Assembly: GCA_963783375.1 (NCBI GenBank) | Contig: CAWANH010000028.1 | Span: 1,248,001-1,312,000 of the forward strand | Reading direction: 5' to 3' | DNA length: 64,000 nt | From: Candidatus Eiseniibacteriota bacterium | GTDB lineage: Bacteria > Eisenbacteria > RBG-16-71-46 > JABDJR01 | Shown: positions 59,661 to 64,000 of the stretch, one piece after another | Numbering within the stretch: position 1 is the first letter of the stretch | Layout: the number at the start of each line of letters is the position of its first letter | The notes under the pieces: generated by a model | Told to the model about the DNA's origin: nothing | Databases searched by the model: none | Seen by the model: the letters and a program-made list of their open reading frames with translations, nothing else | Program-made: the position numbers and the translations under genes

Positions 59661-60839
59661 ATGACGCAGTACCTCTACAGCGCCGAATCGGTGGCCGAAG
59701 GGCATCCCGACAAGCTGTGCGACCGGATCTCGGACACCGTGCTGGATGCGGTCCTGGAGAAGGACCGTTTCGCCCGGGCCATCGTGGAGACGGTGGTCAC
59801 CCGGGGGATGGTTCTCCTCACCGGCGAACTCACCACCAACACCTACGTGGACCTCGACCGCATCGTTCGCGACACGCTCCGCCGGGTGGGCTATGCGGAT
59901 CAGGAGGCCGGGTTCGACCACCGGGCCTGCGCGGTGGTGAGCCTCCTCCGGGAGCAGTCCGACCAGATCGGCGCGGTGGTGGACAGCCGGAAGGCCGGGG
60001 ACCAGGGGATGATGGTGGGGTTCGCCACCGACGAGGCGGCCGAACTGGGCACCGACACCGCGCTCATGCCAATGCCCATCGCCGTCGCCCACGCCCTCAT
60101 GCGCCGGCTCCGCGACGTCCGCCGCGACGGCGCCCTGTCCTGGCTCCGCCCCGACGGCAAGTGCCAGGTCAGCTTCGTGTACGAGAACCGTATTCCCCGC
60201 GCCCTGGCCTCGATCTCCCTGTCCGCCCAGCATGCCCCCGGGGTGGAGGTGGCCCGCGTCCGCAAGGAAGTGGAGGAGGCGGTGATCATGACCACCCTTG
60301 CCGATCTTCGCCTCACCCGGGGCAACGAGGCCCGGATCGAGGTGAACCCCGCCGGATCGTTCATCGAGGGAGGTCCGGCCTCCGACGCCGGTCTCACCGG
60401 CCGGAAGATCGTGGTCGACGCCTACGGGCCCATGGCCCACCACGGTGGGGCCGCGCTTTCGGGGAAGGATCCGACCAAGCTGGACCGCTCCGCCACCTAC
60501 GCCGCCCGCTGGGTGGCCCGCTCGGTGGTGCAGGCGGGGCTGGCCCGCCGGTGCGAGGTGGACCTGGCCTATACCCTGGCCCACGAGCATCCCGAGAGCG
60601 TCCGGGTGGAGACCTTCGGAACCGGGGTGATGGCGGACGAGGATCTGGCCGGGGCGGTGACCCGGACCTTCGATCTCACCCTACCCGGGATCCTCACCGC
60701 GCTCGATCTCCTGCGACCCATCTACGCGGAGACCTCGGCCTTCGGACACTTCGGCCGGACCGACGTGACGTTCCCCTGGGAACGAAGCGACGAGGCGGCC
60801 GCCCTGTCCGCCCGCTTCGAGGGGAGGGAGCGGCCATGA
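59661..60839 (+). CDS. metK: Methionine adenosyltransferase (divergent)
   Basis: ESVAEGHPDK, AGDQG, RPDGK, GLTGRK, SGKDPTK and GHFGR. Confidence 0.88.
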   Translation: MTQYLYSAESVAEGHPDKLCDRISDTVLDAVLEKDRFARAIVETVVTRGMVLLTGELTTNTYVDLDRIVRDTLRRVGYADQEAGFDHRACAVVSLLREQSDQIGAVVDSRKAGDQGMMVGFATDEAAELGTDTALMPMPIAVAHALMRRLRDVRRDGALSWLRPDGKCQVSFVYENRIPRALASISLSAQHAPGVEVARVRKEVEEAVIMTTLADLRLTRGNEARIEVNPAGSFIEGGPASDAGLTGRKIVVDAYGPMAHHGGAALSGKDPTKLDRSATYAARWVARSVVQAGLARRCEVDLAYTLAHEHPESVRVETFGTGVMADEDLAGAVTRTFDLTLPGILTALDLLRPIYAETSAFGHFGRTDVTFPWERSDEAAALSARFEGRERP

Positions 60840-62047
60840 GCGGAACGCGGAAACGGGGCTTTTCGACCCTGGCCATCCACGGCTCCAAGCACGTGGACAA
60901 GCACGACGTGTCGGGTCCCCCCCGGGCGGTTTCGCCGCCCATCTTCATGAGCTCCACCTTCGCCTTCGAGAACGCGGACCAGGGGGCCCGGATCTTCGCG
61001 GGGGAGGAGGAGGGCTTCGTCTACACCCGCCTCGGGAACCCCACCACCGCCGCCCTGGAGCGGGAGATGGCGTTTCTGGAGGAGGGGGAGGCGGCGCTGG
61101 CCTCCGCGTCGGGCATGGCCGCCACCACCCTGGGGGTTCTCACCGTGACCCGTAGCGGGGAGAAGGTGGTGGCTTCCAACACCCTCTACGGCGGCACCCA
61201 TCAGCTCTTCTCCCAGACCCTCCCCCGGCTGGGGATCGACGTGGCGGAGGTGGACGCGGTGGACCCGGCCAACATCGCGGAGGCCATCGACGACCGCACC
61301 CGGCTGGTCTACGTCGAAACCCCGGCCAACCCGACCCTCACCGTGGTGGACATCGCCGAGACCGCCCGGATCTGCCGGAAGCGGGGGGTGCCGCTCATGG
61401 TGGACAACACCTTCGCCACCCCGTACCTCCAGCAGCCGCTCACCCTGGGGGCGGACGCGGTGATCCACTCCGCCACCAAGTACATCGGCGGCCACGGGGA
61501 CACGGTGGCCGGGATCCTGGTGGGGAAGAAGGCGTTCATCGACGAGGCCCGCTCGGAGATCCTCCGGGACCTGGGTCCGGCGATCAGCCCCTTCAACTCC
61601 TGGCTCCTGCTCCGCGGGCTCAAGACCCTGCCCGTCCGCATGGACAAGCACTGCGAGAACGCCATGGAGATCGCCCGCTACCTGGAGTTCCACCCCGCGG
61701 TGGAGCGGGTGCTCTACCCCGGGCTCCGGGTCCATCCCCAGCACGCCCTGGCCAAGACCCAGATGCGGGGGTTCGGGGGGATGGTGAGCTTCATCGTGAA
61801 GGGCGGGCGCGAGGCCGGCCGGAAGCTCATGGACCGGGTCGAGCTCTGGACCCTGGCGGTGAGCCTGGGGGACGTGGACAGCCTGATCGAGCACCCGGCC
61901 AGCATGACCCACTCCACCTACAACGAGGCCGCGCTCCGGGAGGCGGGGATCGAGCCGGGGCTGGTGCGGCTCTCGGTGGGGCTCGAGAACGTCGAGGACC
62001 TGGTGGAGGATCTGAAGCAGGCCATGGCCCCGCTGCTCGGTGGGTAG
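60836..62047 (+). CDS. PLP-dependent Cys/Met metabolism enzyme (methionine gamma-lyase-like)
   Basis: YTRLGNPT, DNTF, SATKYIGGH and AVSLGD..SLIEHPASMTH; ATGA overlap with metK. Confidence 0.9.
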   Translation: MSGTRKRGFSTLAIHGSKHVDKHDVSGPPRAVSPPIFMSSTFAFENADQGARIFAGEEEGFVYTRLGNPTTAALEREMAFLEEGEAALASASGMAATTLGVLTVTRSGEKVVASNTLYGGTHQLFSQTLPRLGIDVAEVDAVDPANIAEAIDDRTRLVYVETPANPTLTVVDIAETARICRKRGVPLMVDNTFATPYLQQPLTLGADAVIHSATKYIGGHGDTVAGILVGKKAFIDEARSEILRDLGPAISPFNSWLLLRGLKTLPVRMDKHCENAMEIARYLEFHPAVERVLYPGLRVHPQHALAKTQMRGFGGMVSFIVKGGREAGRKLMDRVELWTLAVSLGDVDSLIEHPASMTHSTYNEAALREAGIEPGLVRLSVGLENVEDLVEDLKQAMAPLLGG

Positions 62048-62340
62048 GCCGTTCATCGGGGCCGGGGCGCCCCCGCCAATCCCGGGTCGCCGGGGCGGTT
62101 CCGGGGCGCTCCGCCCGCCCCTCCGAGGCCTCGGAGTTCGCCCCGAAAAGCGACGGTTTTGGTCGCTTCCTTTGGACCGGTCCAAAGCGAGGCGCGCCGA
62201 TCCGTTCCCGTCCCACCGGGTATAATCACCGGGAAGAACCTGCCGATTTCCGGGGTAGCTTCAGTACCCGCATCGAACCGGACCAGGCACGATTCCGGAC
62301 GGGACGCCGGCCGCATGAGGCGCCCGCTCCCGGGAGACCC

Positions 62341-63621
62341 ATGAGGCTTCCGACACCAGAGCCCGACTACGCCGCCCACGCGATGCTGGACCCCCATTAC
62401 CTGGAGCGCGACCACATCGGGGCGCGGGCTCTGGCCCGGGCCTACCTGGAGATGTCCCGGAGCGACGAGATCCACAACCGGTACCTGAACCGGCTCCTGA
62501 ACCCGATCGAGCGGCCCCGCCCGCTGGCCGAGAACCTGGAAGCGGCCCGCCGGTACCTCGTGGACGTGAACGCCTACGTGCGGGAAGTGCTGAGCCTGCT
62601 TCCCGCCGCCCTCCGCAAGCCCCTCGCCCCCGACCCCGAGGTGGCGGCCCGGAATGAGATCCTGGGCCTCTTCGACCTCGCGTTCCGCGGCGACAACCCG
62701 CGGATGCGCTTCGAGGCGCAGCGGAAGCTCTACCTGGCCAAGCTCCTCTTCGACGTCGACCACGACCCCGGGGTGCAGATGGGGGGCGTCCACAAGGAGT
62801 ACTTCGAGCGCATCCTCGACGACGAGCTCTGGGGGGGAGCGCGCCGGATGAAGACGGTGGACGTCTACTACGACATCGCCGCCGACGGGATCCGGATGGA
62901 TATCGGCACCCGGAAGACCGGAAGCCGCCAGGAGCGCTGGCGGTTCCACCTCATGCGGGTGCGGCGGCCGGGGAAGCGGGCCATGCACGTGTACCACTAC
63001 GCCTGCCGGTTCAAGCAGGAGGTGGCCCCGTTCCGTTACCAGGAAGGGGAGCCGGAGTACGAGGTCCAGGAGAAGCCGATCTGGGAGACCCTGCACGAGC
63101 GGCGGAGCGGGTCCATCCTCTCCAAGATGATCCGCAAGGGCGAGGTCCACCCCCGGAAGATCCAGGACATCATCGGCTCCATGTTCATCGTGAAGGACCT
63201 GCGGGAGGTGAACGATCTCCAGGAGGTGCTCTTCGACATCTTCGGGGGGCCGCTCCGCTGGAAGGATCGCGTCAACACCATCACCCATCCCGACGACCGC
63301 TCCCGGCTGAACGCCTACTCCGGCCGTGGGTACGAGGTTCTGAAGAGCGACGTGGACGTGATCTACGCGCCCCCCAAGAACGGGCGAAAGCCCTACATCT
63401 TCTCGGTCGAGGTGCAGATCTACACCGTCGAGGGGTTCCTGCGGACCGTGCACAGCGGGCACTACGCGAGCCATCAGCGGCTCAAGGTCCGCCAGTTCCT
63501 CGTGGGGCTCCTCCCCTACCTCTTCCCCACCCGGATGTACGAGCCCGAGGTCATCCAGCGTTGCCTGGCGAGTTTCGAGGAGGATCCCGCGGATCTGGGA
63601 GCGCGGCTCCCGGCAAAATGA
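62341..63621 (+). CDS. Uncharacterised protein with RelA/SpoT-like nucleotidyltransferase signatures
   Basis: SILSKMIRK, IQDIIG, GY, VEVQIYT and ASH; strong coding bias. Confidence 0.6.
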   Translation: MRLPTPEPDYAAHAMLDPHYLERDHIGARALARAYLEMSRSDEIHNRYLNRLLNPIERPRPLAENLEAARRYLVDVNAYVREVLSLLPAALRKPLAPDPEVAARNEILGLFDLAFRGDNPRMRFEAQRKLYLAKLLFDVDHDPGVQMGGVHKEYFERILDDELWGGARRMKTVDVYYDIAADGIRMDIGTRKTGSRQERWRFHLMRVRRPGKRAMHVYHYACRFKQEVAPFRYQEGEPEYEVQEKPIWETLHERRSGSILSKMIRKGEVHPRKIQDIIGSMFIVKDLREVNDLQEVLFDIFGGPLRWKDRVNTITHPDDRSRLNAYSGRGYEVLKSDVDVIYAPPKNGRKPYIFSVEVQIYTVEGFLRTVHSGHYASHQRLKVRQFLVGLLPYLFPTRMYEPEVIQRCLASFEEDPADLGARLPAK

Positions 63622-63634
63622 ATCCCGTCCAGGA

Positions 63635-64000
63635 TCACACCGGGGCGAGCTGAGCGATCGACGAGGCGAGCTTGAGGGTGTGCACCGCCCGGAGCGTGAC
63701 CCACGGACTGGTCACGTTGGGCTTCCCCACCCGGATGGGCATGCGATCGTTGTAGTCGAACTCCAGCTTCCACCGACCGTTCTTCATCTGGCGGGAGAGG
63801 ATGAGTCCGAGGGCGGGCTGCATGGCCTCGTGGGCCCCGTAACCCAATCGCGCCAGGATCCAGGCCACCTCGAGGATGTCGGTGTTCCAGAAGCGGGGGA
63901 ATCCGAACTCCGTCCACTCCGGCTTGGGCGCGGGTTCGCCCACCGGCGAACGCTTGTACATGTGAAGGTGGTAGGTGAGAAGGGCATGGGCGGTGCGCTC
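63635..64000 (-). CDS. Prenyltransferase/squalene-oxidase-repeat-like protein (5'-partial)
   Basis: Frame is open to the window end; FGFPRFWNTDILE, Q..NGRW and SPWVTLRA. Confidence 0.6.
   Translation of the reverse strand, partial: ERTAHALLTYHLHMYKRSPVGEPAPKPEWTEFGFPRFWNTDILEVAWILARLGYGAHEAMQPALGLILSRQMKNGRWKLEFDYNDRMPIRVGKPNVTSPWVTLRAVHTLKLASSIAQLAPV

Overview
A GC-rich, gene-dense bacterial chromosomal window, mostly housekeeping, envelope, stress and metabolic genes: nifJ with a DHOD-like partner, an octaheme HAO-like cytochrome, rho, typA, sppA, PhoH2, rfbC, class II photolyase, hutH, pepP, two Na+/H+ antiporters, a secreted S8 protease, and metK with a PLP transsulfuration enzyme. A FlgD-Ig C-terminal domain and a TWGRIKALY motif suggest an Eisenbacteria/Krumholzibacteriota-like organism (inference). 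No tRNA, rRNA, transposase, integrase or cas gene was seen. The standout is the 1.8 kb gene-free gap at 36043-37825. It holds a cluster of DnaA-box-like 9-mers, a sigma70-like promoter and an approximately 930-nt, densely base-paired + strand element built from at least six copies of one structural module, whose 5' and 3' ends pair. This is a candidate large modular ncRNA. Other highlights are a UGA/SECIS selenocysteine peroxiredoxin split by the ORF track, a Rho lacking its OB-fold RNA-binding domain, a halocin/bacteriocin-like secreted precursor, a histidine ammonia-lyase with a large insert, a conserved 28-bp motif upstream of nifJ and marR, and three sigma28-like promoters. All calls come from reading the sequence by eye; no searches were run.
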